Positions 1-9,868 of a stretch of 64,000 bases of DNA are shown one piece after another. Position 1 is the stretch's first letter. Every line of letters starts with the position of its first letter. This stretch comes from Bdellovibrionales bacterium (GTDB lineage: Bacteria; Bdellovibrionota; Bdellovibrionia; Bdellovibrionales; JAUICD01). Location of the stretch: positions 226,243-290,242 of the forward strand of contig CBDANC010000013.1 of assembly GCA_965197425.1 (NCBI GenBank), given 5' to 3'. Position numbers and translations under genes: made by a program. The notes under the pieces were generated by a model. That model had not been told where the DNA came from, did no database searches, and saw only the letters and a program-made list of their open reading frames with translations.

Positions 1-58
1 TGAATTTAAATCACAGTAATTCCAATAAGCTATAGGCAAATGTATATTTATGTATAAC

Positions 59-86
59 TTGACATCAAAAAACGGTGTAATATAAT
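59..86 (+). promoter_or_regulatory. sigma-70-like promoter for the AAA+ ATPase gene
   Basis: TTGACA (59-64), 16-nt spacer, TATAAT (81-86). It lies 42 nt upstream of the ATG at 129. Read directly from the sequence. Confidence 0.5.
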
Positions 87-128
87 GTCGATATGTTCAA
101 AATTCGCGTCCAAATCAGGGGTTAATAT

Positions 129-1283
129 ATGTCGAGCAAGTTATATAAAAGAATTTTTCAATGTCCTAAGTCCAGTTTTTTTCTTTTTGGGCCTAGGGGA
201 ACAGGAAAAACCACTCTTGTTAGAAAGCTAAACCTACATGCTAAGGAAATATCTCTGTTAAGCGAAGGAAAGTATCAAAGTTATTTGGCAAACCCTAGCA
301 TGTTCTATGAAGAGCTTTCTTTACAAAACCCAGGTGAATGGATTTTTGTTGATGAAATACAACGACTACCTAATCTTCTAAACGAAATTCACCGGTTAAT
401 TGAAGACAAAAAACTTAAATTTATTCTGACTGGTTCTAGTGCAAGAAAGTTGCGCAAACATGGAGTCAACCTCTTGGCAGGGAGAGCTTTATACAAAACC
501 CTCTATCCCTTAACTCCTATGGAGATGGGAGATGACTTTTGCCTTAACTCAGTACTTAGATTTGGAAGCTTACCGTTGATTATCAATTCACAAAATAAAA
601 AGGAAACTTTAAGAAGTTATGTTCAAATTTACCTTAAAGAAGAAATTCAATCAGAGGCCATAGTGAGAAACCTAGGTGGTTTTTCCAGATTCTTGCCTGT
701 AGCAGCACTGTTTCATGCTCAAATTGCAAACTTATCGAACATAGCCAGGGAGTGTGAAGTGGCCAGGCCTACTGTAGTTGGTTTTTTTCAAATTTTAATC
801 GATACGCTATTGTTAAAACCTTTAAGTGCATATGATGCAAAACTAAGAATGAGAGAGCGAAAAAAATCAAAGTACTACTTTATTGATCCTGGCCTTGTAA
901 GAGCTATTAAATCTCAGTATGGCTATGTCACAGCAGAGGAGAAAGGATCTTTATTTGAGGGATTAATATTTACATTGTTGAATTTTCAAAAGGACACTTA
1001 TGGAGAAATTGACGATATTTATTATTGGTCACCTGCAGATGCAAAGAAAACAGAGGTCGACTTTCTAGTAGTTAAAGGCAATAAAATAGTAGCGATTGAA
1101 GTAAAGGCATCAGAGAAAATTCAGCCTCAATATTTAAAAGGGCTAAAAGCCATATCTTCATTAAAAAATGTAAAAAGAAGGATATTGATCTACTTAGGCA
1201 AGACAAATAGGATCACTAAGGATGGAGTTGAAATACACAGCTTTAAAAGTTTTGTAAAGTTACTAAAAACAAAACAAATTTAA
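129..1283 (+). CDS. AAA+ ATPase of the DUF4143 type
   Basis: 384-aa ORF. Walker A GPRGTGKTT at the N-terminus and Walker-B-like FVDEIQ. C-terminal EVDFLVV...IAIEVK block is typical of ATPase/DUF4143 proteins. AGGGG SD upstream. Confidence 0.8.
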   Translation: MSSKLYKRIFQCPKSSFFLFGPRGTGKTTLVRKLNLHAKEISLLSEGKYQSYLANPSMFYEELSLQNPGEWIFVDEIQRLPNLLNEIHRLIEDKKLKFILTGSSARKLRKHGVNLLAGRALYKTLYPLTPMEMGDDFCLNSVLRFGSLPLIINSQNKKETLRSYVQIYLKEEIQSEAIVRNLGGFSRFLPVAALFHAQIANLSNIARECEVARPTVVGFFQILIDTLLLKPLSAYDAKLRMRERKKSKYYFIDPGLVRAIKSQYGYVTAEEKGSLFEGLIFTLLNFQKDTYGEIDDIYYWSPADAKKTEVDFLVVKGNKIVAIEVKASEKIQPQYLKGLKAISSLKNVKRRILIYLGKTNRITKDGVEIHSFKSFVKLLKTKQI

Positions 1284-1408
1284 AACATACCAAGATCGGA
1301 GTTTTACTAACAATAAATCGACTCTCTTTTTTCCTCAAATATTTTAGTGGCCAAGAATAATCCATACAATAATAGATGCACGATCTAGTTAAAATAGATA
1401 AAATCAAG

Positions 1409-2689
1409 TTAAATTTCGTAGATGTAAAGTAAAGGCCTATCTTCAAATGACTTTATCCAATCAATCAGCATGATTGCTCGTGAAGGATTATCTTCACCAA
1501 GGCCTTTCAAATCTATTATACCCGATTCTATCAATATGGACCATATTTCAGAGTACGAGATATGTGGGATATATGGGGTATACCGTGCAGCATACCATGT
1601 CCTCATAAAAAAATATAATTGGAAGGTTTCTAAAAACTCATCAAATGCATTACTATTTTCAATTTTTCTGAGTAAATCAGAACTATTTGCACTTGCAATC
1701 GTGAGAGCCGTGTCACCATCATCATTTTTCGCATTTACATCAGCCCCTGCTTCTATAAGCAAACGAACCGTATTAATATCATAACTATCTCTAATTGCAA
1801 TCATGAGAGCTGTATCACCTTGTTTATTTGTCTTATCTACCTCAGCTCCTGACTTCAAAAGCAGATCAACTATTTCAAAATAACCCTCTCTGCTTGCAAA
1901 CATAAGAGCTGTGTCACCATTATAGTCCTGTGCATTCACCTCAGCTCCCAATTCTATAAGCACACGAAACTTCTCAGGCTCTTCAACATGACCCTCTCTG
2001 ATTGCAAATAATATAAGAGCTGTACCATCATAGCCGTCCTGTGCATTCACCTCAGCTCCCAATTCTATAAGCAAACGAAGCATGTCAGAAGTACCGTATT
2101 CAATTACATGCAAAACCAAAGTTGTTTCTGCAATATCCTGCTGATTTAACTTAGCTTTAATATCTTCTTCATCGCCAACAAAATTTAGAATCTTTCGAGT
2201 TTGAATAACATCACCTGAATCAATTGCATCAAGTAATGCTTCATCTAATACTTCATCATCTGAATTTAATAATTCATCTGATTCCCTTATTAATACTTCA
2301 TCTATATCTAATAATCCATCTAAATCCTTGACAATAATTCCTCCATGTATGTGGTCGAACATCTGTGTAGCTTCATCATCTTCCGTTGCCATATTCTGCA
2401 TATTGGTACCTGATTGTTCAAGCAAACGAACTATGTCGTAATAACCGTGTTCTTTTGCAACATAAAGAGCTTCATCAAGAGCTTCATCAAGAGCTTCTCC
2501 AATTAAGCCCGGATCAACAGCACCAGAGTTTAAAATATTTTGAACTTCATCCGCATCATTTGTATGAATGGCATCGATTAAATCATCTTGATCATACTTA
2601 TTTTTCAGAGCTTCAAGACAACTATCCGGGTTAGCAAACACAGAGCTTACAAAAAACAAAGTGATGATAAATGTAATTTTAAAATTCAT
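1409..2689 (-). CDS. exported ankyrin-repeat protein
   Basis: Several G-(D/T)-TAL-x-A-x(3)-G-x(7)-L-x(2)-GA-(D/E)-VN repeats. Signal peptide MNFKITFIITLFFVSSVFA. The AAGGAG SD favours the second ATG (2689) over the ORF-track start at 2695. Acidic EALDEALDEAL tract. Confidence 0.85.
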   Translation of the reverse strand: MNFKITFIITLFFVSSVFANPDSCLEALKNKYDQDDLIDAIHTNDADEVQNILNSGAVDPGLIGEALDEALDEALYVAKEHGYYDIVRLLEQSGTNMQNMATEDDEATQMFDHIHGGIIVKDLDGLLDIDEVLIRESDELLNSDDEVLDEALLDAIDSGDVIQTRKILNFVGDEEDIKAKLNQQDIAETTLVLHVIEYGTSDMLRLLIELGAEVNAQDGYDGTALILFAIREGHVEEPEKFRVLIELGAEVNAQDYNGDTALMFASREGYFEIVDLLLKSGAEVDKTNKQGDTALMIAIRDSYDINTVRLLIEAGADVNAKNDDGDTALTIASANSSDLLRKIENSNAFDEFLETFQLYFFMRTWYAARYTPYIPHISYSEIWSILIESGIIDLKGLGEDNPSRAIMLIDWIKSFEDRPLLYIYEI

Positions 2690-2812
2690 AAACATCTCCT
2701 TAAAACAAAGGCAGGGATTGTTGAGGCACTATGCTACCACAATAATCACCTTTTTTACATTTCAGGATTATAATTTGAAATTTATTTATATCTTGTACAA
2801 AAAATGGAGCAG

Positions 2813-4345
2813 CTAAATAGTGATGGTTTCTTTGTGACGACCAAACACACTTCTCAATGCATCCGATATCTCACCAAGCGTAAGTCCACTCTCCACAGAT
2901 TCTATAAATACAGGCATTAAATTACCTCCACCTTCTGCAGTATTCTTGATTTTTTCAATACCTCTTGAAACTTTGTTACTATCCCTCTTTTTCTTAAACT
3001 CAATCGTTCTTCTAACTTGATTATCACTAACCTCTTGATCTAATTTCAACGCCTCAAATTTATTTTCCTCACTCTCCGCATATTCATTAACACCTACTTG
3101 AATAAGTTCTTTGTTTTCAATATCCATCTGAGTTTTATAACTTTCATTTTGTATTTCACTCTGAAGCCACCCTGTCTCTATACACTTAACCACACCACCT
3201 AAATCCTTAATCCTCTCAATATAGTCTTTCGCACCTTTCAAAATTTTACTAGTCAAATTTTCGACCAAATAAGAACCACCCAAAGGATCAACATAATCTG
3301 GAACACCAGTTTCATGTGCAATAATTTGCTGCGTCCTCAAAGCAGTAGTTGCAGCTAAATTGGTCGGCAAACCAAGAGCCTCATCCATCGAATTAGTATG
3401 TAAACTTTGAGTACCACCCAACACAGCTGCCATAGCCTGAAGAGAAACCCTAGCTACATTATTCAAAGGCTGCAATGAAGTTAAAGTTGAACCAGCAGTT
3501 TGAGAATGAAACCTTAACTTACAAGCACTCTCATCATTTACACCAAACTTATTTTTCACAACCTCTGCCCACAAAACCCTAGCAGCCCTGAACTTTGCCA
3601 CCTCTTCAAAAAAATTATTATGTACATTAAAGAAAAAAGAAATTCTCTTTATAAAATCCAAACTCAACCCAGCTTCAACAGCTGTCTCAACATAACAAAT
3701 AGCATTGGCAATGGTAAAAGCTACCTCCTGAACTGCACTACTACCAGCCTCCCTAATATGATATCCAGAAACACTTATTGTATTCCACTCAGGAATATTT
3801 TTTGAAAATTCAAAGATATCAGTAACAATTCTAAGACTTTCCTTAGGTGGATATATATAAGTACCCCTAGCTATGTACTCTTTTAAAATATCATTTTGTA
3901 TGGTTCCCCTTAAACACTTAATATCAATTCCTCTTTTTTTTGCCACAGCAATATACAGCGCAAGTAAAATTCCAGCAGTGGCATTGATGGTCATTGAAGT
4001 GGAAATCTTATCTAGAGGAATTTTATCCAATAAAATTTCCATGTCCTCAACAGTGTCTATAGAAACACCTACCCTACCCACCTCACCAGTTGACATTATA
4101 TGATCAGAGTCATAACCCATCTGAGTTGGTAGATCAAAAGCAACACTAAGACCACTTCCACCTTTTTTTAAAAGATCCAAATACCTTTTGTTACTACTAT
4201 AAGCATCCCCAAAACCTGAGTATTGCCTCATTGTCCAAAGCTTCCCTTTATACATAGACTTATGAATACCCCTTAAATAAGGATACTCACCAGGCAAGCT
4301 ATCTAACTTTAAAGTTTCTAAATCTTTTTTTGTAAACAAACTCAT
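2813..4345 (-). CDS. methylmalonyl-CoA mutase, catalytic (N-terminal, B12-domain-less) chain
   Basis: About 510 aa with strong family resemblance ([44 protein letters not shown]). No C-terminal cobalamin-binding domain in this ORF. ATG at 4345 chosen over the upstream TTG at 4381. Confidence 0.88.
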   Translation of the reverse strand: MSLFTKKDLETLKLDSLPGEYPYLRGIHKSMYKGKLWTMRQYSGFGDAYSSNKRYLDLLKKGGSGLSVAFDLPTQMGYDSDHIMSTGEVGRVGVSIDTVEDMEILLDKIPLDKISTSMTINATAGILLALYIAVAKKRGIDIKCLRGTIQNDILKEYIARGTYIYPPKESLRIVTDIFEFSKNIPEWNTISVSGYHIREAGSSAVQEVAFTIANAICYVETAVEAGLSLDFIKRISFFFNVHNNFFEEVAKFRAARVLWAEVVKNKFGVNDESACKLRFHSQTAGSTLTSLQPLNNVARVSLQAMAAVLGGTQSLHTNSMDEALGLPTNLAATTALRTQQIIAHETGVPDYVDPLGGSYLVENLTSKILKGAKDYIERIKDLGGVVKCIETGWLQSEIQNESYKTQMDIENKELIQVGVNEYAESEENKFEALKLDQEVSDNQVRRTIEFKKKRDSNKVSRGIEKIKNTAEGGGNLMPVFIESVESGLTLGEISDALRSVFGRHKETITI

Positions 4346-4348
4346 ATC

Positions 4349-4505
4349 AAGGTCTTCCCCAACACTGATTGAACCTAGCAAATAAACTGACTTGTTAGTT
4401 TTTTGCTAGGTGAATTACGTTTTGACACAGCCACTTAAAGCCCAAAATGTAATAACTTTTTTTGCCAAACGGGTTGCCCAGCTTTGTATCGTGTAATACA
4501 ACTCC
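4349..4505 (+). repeat. diverged copy of the ~120-bp intergenic repeat family (A-element)
   Basis: Shares AAGGTCTTCC, TTGCTAGGTGAA and GGGTTGCCCAGCTTTGTA..TAATACAAC blocks with the copies at 44057, 49922, 50128 and 53336. Lies between the BCCP stop and the mutase start. Confidence 0.6.
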
Positions 4506-4533
4506 AGGTACTTAAGGCATAATAATATACCAA

Positions 4534-5064
4534 CTACTGATCATCAAAAACAACTAAAACTTCACCCGCTTCTACATTTTGATCTTTTTTAATTAAAATC
4601 TTTTTTACTACAGCATCTTTAGTTGCTCTCATTTCATTTTCCATTTTCATTGCCTCCATGATCAAAAGAGGCTGACCTAGCTTAACAGAATCATTCTTTT
4701 TAACCAATACATCTATAATTTTGCCCGGCATTCCAGATTTTAAAACATTTTCTCCACCTATTGCACTTACACCTTTGATGCTTTCTTGCAGCAAAACTTG
4801 CTCATTATAAATAGAAATTTCTCTATAAGATCCTCTAGTAAAAACTTTTGTAGAAGTACCTTTAGAAACCACATTTATCATGTAAGAAACATTGTTAAAT
4901 AAAAAACTAATTGCATCGTCTATCCTGATATAATCCCACTTCATAATTTCAAAAGTTTCTTTTTTATCACCAGCCACATTCAAAAGATCAATGACCCAGG
5001 AATTATCAGTCTCTTGTATTGAAATTTCATATTTATTTTTATTTAATTCAGCTTTAAAAAACAT
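4534..5064 (-). CDS. biotin carboxyl carrier domain protein
   Basis: 176 aa. C-terminal biotinyl domain with an E-A-M-K-M-E attachment motif. Start overlaps the upstream stop as TAATG, suggesting translational coupling with the biotin carboxylase. Confidence 0.8.
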   Translation of the reverse strand: MFFKAELNKNKYEISIQETDNSWVIDLLNVAGDKKETFEIMKWDYIRIDDAISFLFNNVSYMINVVSKGTSTKVFTRGSYREISIYNEQVLLQESIKGVSAIGGENVLKSGMPGKIIDVLVKKNDSVKLGQPLLIMEAMKMENEMRATKDAVVKKILIKKDQNVEAGEVLVVFDDQ

Positions 5065-6542
5065 TACTCGTTAGTCCTGTTAGAAAGTTTCCAAAAGCTT
5101 TTTGTAGTGGTTGGCCTTTTGTTTTTTAAATCTTCGTAAGTTTCAATTACTGAAGCTATCAAAAACACCTTATCATCCACAAAATGGAATAACTGTTTTG
5201 ATCCATCAAACTCCTGCTGCAAAAATCCAGTGGTATATGTTCCATCTAAAAACTTGTCTTCTTTCAAAATAGACCTTAACAACACAATGTTTGTTTTTAC
5301 CCCTGAAACATTAAACTCACTCAATGCCATCTGCATTCGCGATATAGCTTCTTTTCTGTCTCTACCCCACACTATTAATTTACCTATCATAGGATCATAG
5401 TAGATAGGTATTTCATAGTCTGCATATGCATATGCATCCACCCTTATAAATGCACCATGAGGATACCTGCATCTCTTAACCAAACCAGGGCTTGGTAAAA
5501 ATGTAATTGGATCTTCTGCACATACCCTGGCCTCTATAGCATGACCATGCTTTTTTATATCAGATTGAACTACACTTAATTTTTTTCCTGAAGCAACATT
5601 AATTTGTTCCTTTACTAGATCAAAACTAGTTATCATCTCTGTAACAGGATGCTCCACCTGTAACCTGGTATTCATCTCCATAAAGAAAAATTCTTTGGTA
5701 ACATTATCGAAAATAAACTCAAAAGTTCCAGCACTTGAGTAACCTATCTTCTTTACCGCAGCAACTGAGACTTCTCCCATTTTTTTTCTAATATCTTCAC
5801 TTACCGCTGGGCTTGGAGCTTCTTCAATAATTTTTTGATGCCTTCTTTGAACACTGCATTCCCTATCAAAAAAATGAACAGCGCTTCCAAAACCATCTCC
5901 AAACACCTGTATCTCAATATGCTTTGGACTTTGTATAAATTTTTCTACATAAACATCATCATTTAAAAAATACTGCCTTGCCTCTGATTTTGCTGATTTG
6001 TAACTTAACTCCAGTTCTGATTCATCATGCACAACTCGCATACCCTTACCACCACCACCACTTGAAGCTTTTATGATTACGGGAAAACCAATCTTTTTAG
6101 CAATTTTTTTTAGCTCATCCAAACTTTTTACAATACCAGGGCTTCCTGGAACTGTTGGCACACCAGCTTTCTCCATGGTTTTTTTGGCCACAATTTTATC
6201 ACCCATAAGTTCAATGCATTCGTAGGATGGGCCTATAAATGTGATATTATTATCCTTTAGCGTTTTTGCAAAAGTAGCATTCTCACTTAAAAAACCATAC
6301 CCAGGGTGAACAGCATCTGCCCCTGACTTTTTGATTGCTCTAAGTATAGAATCTATATTTAGATAAGAATCTCGGCTTGGGGCTTTTCCAATGTAATAAG
6401 CTTCATCAGCAAGTAACACAGGAAGGCTTTTTCTATCTGCATCACTATATACAGCAACAGAAGTTATTCCCATTTCTCTACAAGCTCTTATCACTCGTAG
6501 TGCAATTTCACCTCTGTTAGCTATCAATATTTTCTTAAACAA
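5064..6542 (-). CDS. accC: biotin carboxylase subunit of an acyl-CoA carboxylase
   Basis: 492 aa. Begins MFKKILIANRGEIALRVIRAC. ATP-grasp glycine loop GGGGKGMRVV and the EMNTRLQVEHPVTE motif. TTG start with a GAGG SD. Confidence 0.92.
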   Translation of the reverse strand: MFKKILIANRGEIALRVIRACREMGITSVAVYSDADRKSLPVLLADEAYYIGKAPSRDSYLNIDSILRAIKKSGADAVHPGYGFLSENATFAKTLKDNNITFIGPSYECIELMGDKIVAKKTMEKAGVPTVPGSPGIVKSLDELKKIAKKIGFPVIIKASSGGGGKGMRVVHDESELELSYKSAKSEARQYFLNDDVYVEKFIQSPKHIEIQVFGDGFGSAVHFFDRECSVQRRHQKIIEEAPSPAVSEDIRKKMGEVSVAAVKKIGYSSAGTFEFIFDNVTKEFFFMEMNTRLQVEHPVTEMITSFDLVKEQINVASGKKLSVVQSDIKKHGHAIEARVCAEDPITFLPSPGLVKRCRYPHGAFIRVDAYAYADYEIPIYYDPMIGKLIVWGRDRKEAISRMQMALSEFNVSGVKTNIVLLRSILKEDKFLDGTYTTGFLQQEFDGSKQLFHFVDDKVFLIASVIETYEDLKNKRPTTTKSFWKLSNRTNE

Positions 6543-6694
6543 AATTAAAACCTCATAATTCTACCTTTCATCACACTTACTCAGTTGCCAGATTAGGCAT
6601 ACCGGCAAACAGGAACTGACATTCAGCACACGGTATCTGAAATCAAGTATTTTGACATAACTTATATAAGAATCCTCCAAGCATATCTGCTCAC

Positions 6695-6790
6695 TAAAGG
6701 TTGGGAGGAGTTTTTTAAAAAAAATTAAAAAAAAGATATCGGATGCCGGATCCTGATTGCTCGATTGCCCGATTGCCCGATTGCCTGATC
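6695..6790 (-). repeat. GGCAATCG 8-mer array plus A/T tract and TCCTCCCA block (B-element copy)
   Basis: The plus strand shows gattgctc gattgccc gattgccc gattgcct at 6755-6786. The reverse complement parallels 33098-33200 (GGCAATCGGGCAATC ... TTTTTTAAAAAA..TCCTCCCA). Sits in the 269-bp gap inside the carboxylase gene string. Confidence 0.7.
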
Positions 6791-6811
6791 TTTGTATCAT
6801 CGTAACAAACC

Positions 6812-8362
6812 TTATAAGGGTATATTCCCATGTCTTTTTGATGGATTTTTTTGTTTTTTATTTTCGAGCATGCCTAAGTATTGTATTATTCTTTTTCTTG
6901 TTTCTTCCGGCCTTATAATTTCATCAACATACCCTAAGTCAGCAGCACAATATGGGTTAGCAAATGTTTTTCTATAATCCTCAGTAAGCTTTGCTCTTTC
7001 TTTTTCAGGATCTTTAGCTTTAGAAATTTGATCTCGAAAGATAATATTAACAGCACCCTCTGCACCCATAACTGCAATTTCTGCTGTAGGATAAGCTAAG
7101 TTTACATCTGCTCTCAAATGCTTGGAGGCCATAACATCATATGCTCCACCATATGCCTTTCTTGTTATAACAGTGATCTTCGGAACAGTTGCTTCTGCAT
7201 AAGCATAGAGTAACTTTGCTCCGTGAGTTATAATTCCATTCCATTCTTGATCAGTACCAGGTAAAAATCCCGGCACATCTACTAATGTAACTAGAGGTAT
7301 ATTAAATGCATCACAAAACCTTACAAATCGTGCAGCTTTAATTGAAGCCTCTATGTTTAAACAACCAGCCAATACTTGAGGTTGATTTGCAACAATACCA
7401 ACACTTCTTCCATTAAACCTAGCAAAACCTACAATGATATTCTTGGCAAAGTGCTCATGCACTTCTAACAAAAAACCATCATCCACAATAATTTTAATAA
7501 GCTCTTTTATATCATAAGGTTTAACTGGACTTGGAGGGACCAATGAGTTTAACTTTTCATCTATTCTATTTGGATCATCATTTGTTTTAACAGTAGGTGC
7601 ATCGTCCATATTGTTACTTGGGAGGAAGTTTAAAAGCTCTCTAATCATAAGTAAGCAGTGCTTGTCATTGTCAGTGGCAAAATGAGCTACCCCAGATTTA
7701 GTAGAGTGTGCAGACGCACCCCCTAACTCCTCTTTAGTTACCTCTTCATGAGTAACAGCTTTTATAACATCAGGCCCTGTTACAAACATATAACTGGTAT
7801 CCTTAACCATAAAAATGAAGTCTGTGATACTAGGACTGTATACTGCTCCTCCAGCACAAGGTCCCATAATGGCGCTAATTTGTGGAATGGTCCCAGAAGC
7901 CATAGTGTTTTTAAGAAATATATCTGCATACCCACCAAGTGCTTCTACACCCTCTTGGATTCTCGCACCTCCAGAATCATTTAATCCAATAACAGGACAA
8001 CCATTGGTAATTGCTAAATCGAGTATTTTACAAATTTTTTGGGCTTGGGTTTTAGATAAACTTCCACCAAACACCGTAAAGTCCTGACTGTAGACAAACA
8101 CAACTCTTCCATTTATTTTTCCATGCCCTGTTATTACACCGTCTCCTAAAAACTTTTTTTCTTTCATGCCAAAGTTTTCACATTTATGTGTAACAAACCT
8201 ATCCACTTCTACAAAACTATCAGCATCTAATAAAACATCCAGCCTTTCTCGCGCAGTTAATTTACTACCTGTTTTTTGTTTTTTAATTCTCTCCTCACCA
8301 CCACCTTCAAGGGCTAATTTGTTTTTTTCTAAAAGTTCATTTAATAAATTAGTGCTATCCAT
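6812..8362 (-). CDS. pccB: propionyl-CoA carboxylase beta chain / acyl-CoA carboxyltransferase
   Basis: About 516 aa. Family-typical blocks [10 protein letters not shown] and [23 protein letters not shown]-terminal [11 protein letters not shown] at 8362 follows a GGGAGGA SD that overlaps the asnS stop. Confidence 0.9.
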   Translation of the reverse strand: MDSTNLLNELLEKNKLALEGGGEERIKKQKTGSKLTARERLDVLLDADSFVEVDRFVTHKCENFGMKEKKFLGDGVITGHGKINGRVVFVYSQDFTVFGGSLSKTQAQKICKILDLAITNGCPVIGLNDSGGARIQEGVEALGGYADIFLKNTMASGTIPQISAIMGPCAGGAVYSPSITDFIFMVKDTSYMFVTGPDVIKAVTHEEVTKEELGGASAHSTKSGVAHFATDNDKHCLLMIRELLNFLPSNNMDDAPTVKTNDDPNRIDEKLNSLVPPSPVKPYDIKELIKIIVDDGFLLEVHEHFAKNIIVGFARFNGRSVGIVANQPQVLAGCLNIEASIKAARFVRFCDAFNIPLVTLVDVPGFLPGTDQEWNGIITHGAKLLYAYAEATVPKITVITRKAYGGAYDVMASKHLRADVNLAYPTAEIAVMGAEGAVNIIFRDQISKAKDPEKERAKLTEDYRKTFANPYCAADLGYVDEIIRPEETRKRIIQYLGMLENKKQKNPSKRHGNIPL

Positions 8363-8374
8363 GATTCCTCCCAC

Positions 8375-9661
8375 TCAAGGGTAATTCCTTCCATACATTC
8401 TAGGAAATGGTATTGTTTCTCTTAAATGAGATAACTTACAAATCCACGCAACAGTACGCTCTATACCCAAACCAAAACCAGATGAAACAAAAGAGCCATA
8501 TTTTCTAAGATCAATATACCAAGCAAAGTCGTCACGACTCAATTTGTGCTCATCTATACTCTTCAACAATACATCCAAATTATCTTCCCTTTGACTTCCT
8601 CCCAAAAGCTCTCCATAACCCTCAGGTGCAATTAAATCACAGTTCTTACTCTCCCCTTTATCTAAATCTTTTTTCATATAAAATGGGGTTATGTCTGAGG
8701 GATAATTGTGAATAAAAACTGGTTTTTGAAAGTGCTCCCCTAAAAGAGTTTCGTCCTGGGCACCAAATCTGTCACCTGGCTTAAAATCAGGTACTTTTTG
8801 TTTTAAAATTTCACAAGCTTTTTTGTAAGTTATTCTTTCAAAAGGAGTGTCTAAATAACTTTTTAATAGCTTGGTATTTCGCTCTAAAATTTCAAGTTCC
8901 TTTTCGCTAGTTTTAAGTACAAAAGCAATTACATATTTTATTAGCTCTTCAGCCAGATCCATATTTTTCCAATAGTCTATAAATGCAACCTCTGGCTCAC
9001 ACATCCAAAATTCTATTAAGTGTCTTCTGGTTTTAGATTTTTCTGCTCTAAAAGTAGGGCCTAGACAATACACCTTTCCAAATGCAGCAGCTCCAGCTTC
9101 CATGTACAACTGCCCACTTTGGGATAAATAAGACTCTTCATCAAAATACATTGTCTTAAATAACTCAGAAGTTCCCTCACATGCATTTGGAGTAAAAATT
9201 GGGGCATCAACTAGGGTAAAATCAAGATTATTAAAAAATTCTCTGATAGCAGAAATTACCCTGGCTCTTATCCTAATAATAGAGTGCTGCCTTTTTGATC
9301 TAAGCCACAAATGCCTGTGGTTCATTAAAAATTCCACCCCATGTTCTTTTGGAGTGATTGGATAATCATTTGATATACTTAAAATTTGAAGCTTGGTTAC
9401 AGAAAGCTCAAATTCTCCAGGAGATCGCTTGTCGGCCTTAACAATACCAGTGACCTCAACAGTAGATTCATTGGTCAAATCATTAAACTTTTCAAAAGAA
9501 TCCTCACCACAGTTAGATGCCAGAAGCACACACTGACAAATCCCCGTTCCGTCACGCAAAAGCAAAAACTTTATTTTTCCAGAAGACCTTAGAGAATAAA
9601 CCCACCCTTTTAGTGTAAGCTCCTTTCCCACATAACTATTTAGCTGCTCAATATAGACCAT
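8375..9661 (-). CDS. asnS: asparagine--tRNA ligase
   Basis: 428 aa class IIb synthetase. Motif 2-like FRAEKSKTRRHLIEFWMCEPEVAF. C-terminal GFGLGIERTV and PFPR. Confidence 0.9.
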   Translation of the reverse strand: MVYIEQLNSYVGKELTLKGWVYSLRSSGKIKFLLLRDGTGICQCVLLASNCGEDSFEKFNDLTNESTVEVTGIVKADKRSPGEFELSVTKLQILSISNDYPITPKEHGVEFLMNHRHLWLRSKRQHSIIRIRARVISAIREFFNNLDFTLVDAPIFTPNACEGTSELFKTMYFDEESYLSQSGQLYMEAGAAAFGKVYCLGPTFRAEKSKTRRHLIEFWMCEPEVAFIDYWKNMDLAEELIKYVIAFVLKTSEKELEILERNTKLLKSYLDTPFERITYKKACEILKQKVPDFKPGDRFGAQDETLLGEHFQKPVFIHNYPSDITPFYMKKDLDKGESKNCDLIAPEGYGELLGGSQREDNLDVLLKSIDEHKLSRDDFAWYIDLRKYGSFVSSGFGLGIERTVAWICKLSHLRETIPFPRMYGRNYP

Positions 9662-9868
9662 TTAAACCTATTTACACTTATTAAATCCTCAAATTCAAGT
9701 CAAAGCACAAAAGAAATGACACAAAAACAATAACTTACACCTGATTTAAAAATAGCATTATTATTCCCGATGATCTATTTACTAATTCTATTAATTGCTA
9801 GAATAATTAATGGGTTATAAATTTATTTAGATTTCTTGTCATTTAGGCTACCAACATAGGAGACAAAA

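Noticed and set aside
1470-1784. 104-aa plus-strand ORF (and 2386-2634, 2588-2773) inside the first ankyrin gene
   Set aside because: These are antisense shadows of a well-supported minus-strand ankyrin ORF. They have no SD and low-complexity translations (for example HQELHQELHQEL, which mirrors the EALDEALD repeat).
6561-6800. 79-aa minus-strand ORF in the pccB-accC gap
   Set aside because: It is composed of the 8-mer repeat array and the A/T tract. It has no SD, and its similarity to the 33.1 kb locus is at the DNA level in non-coding sequence.
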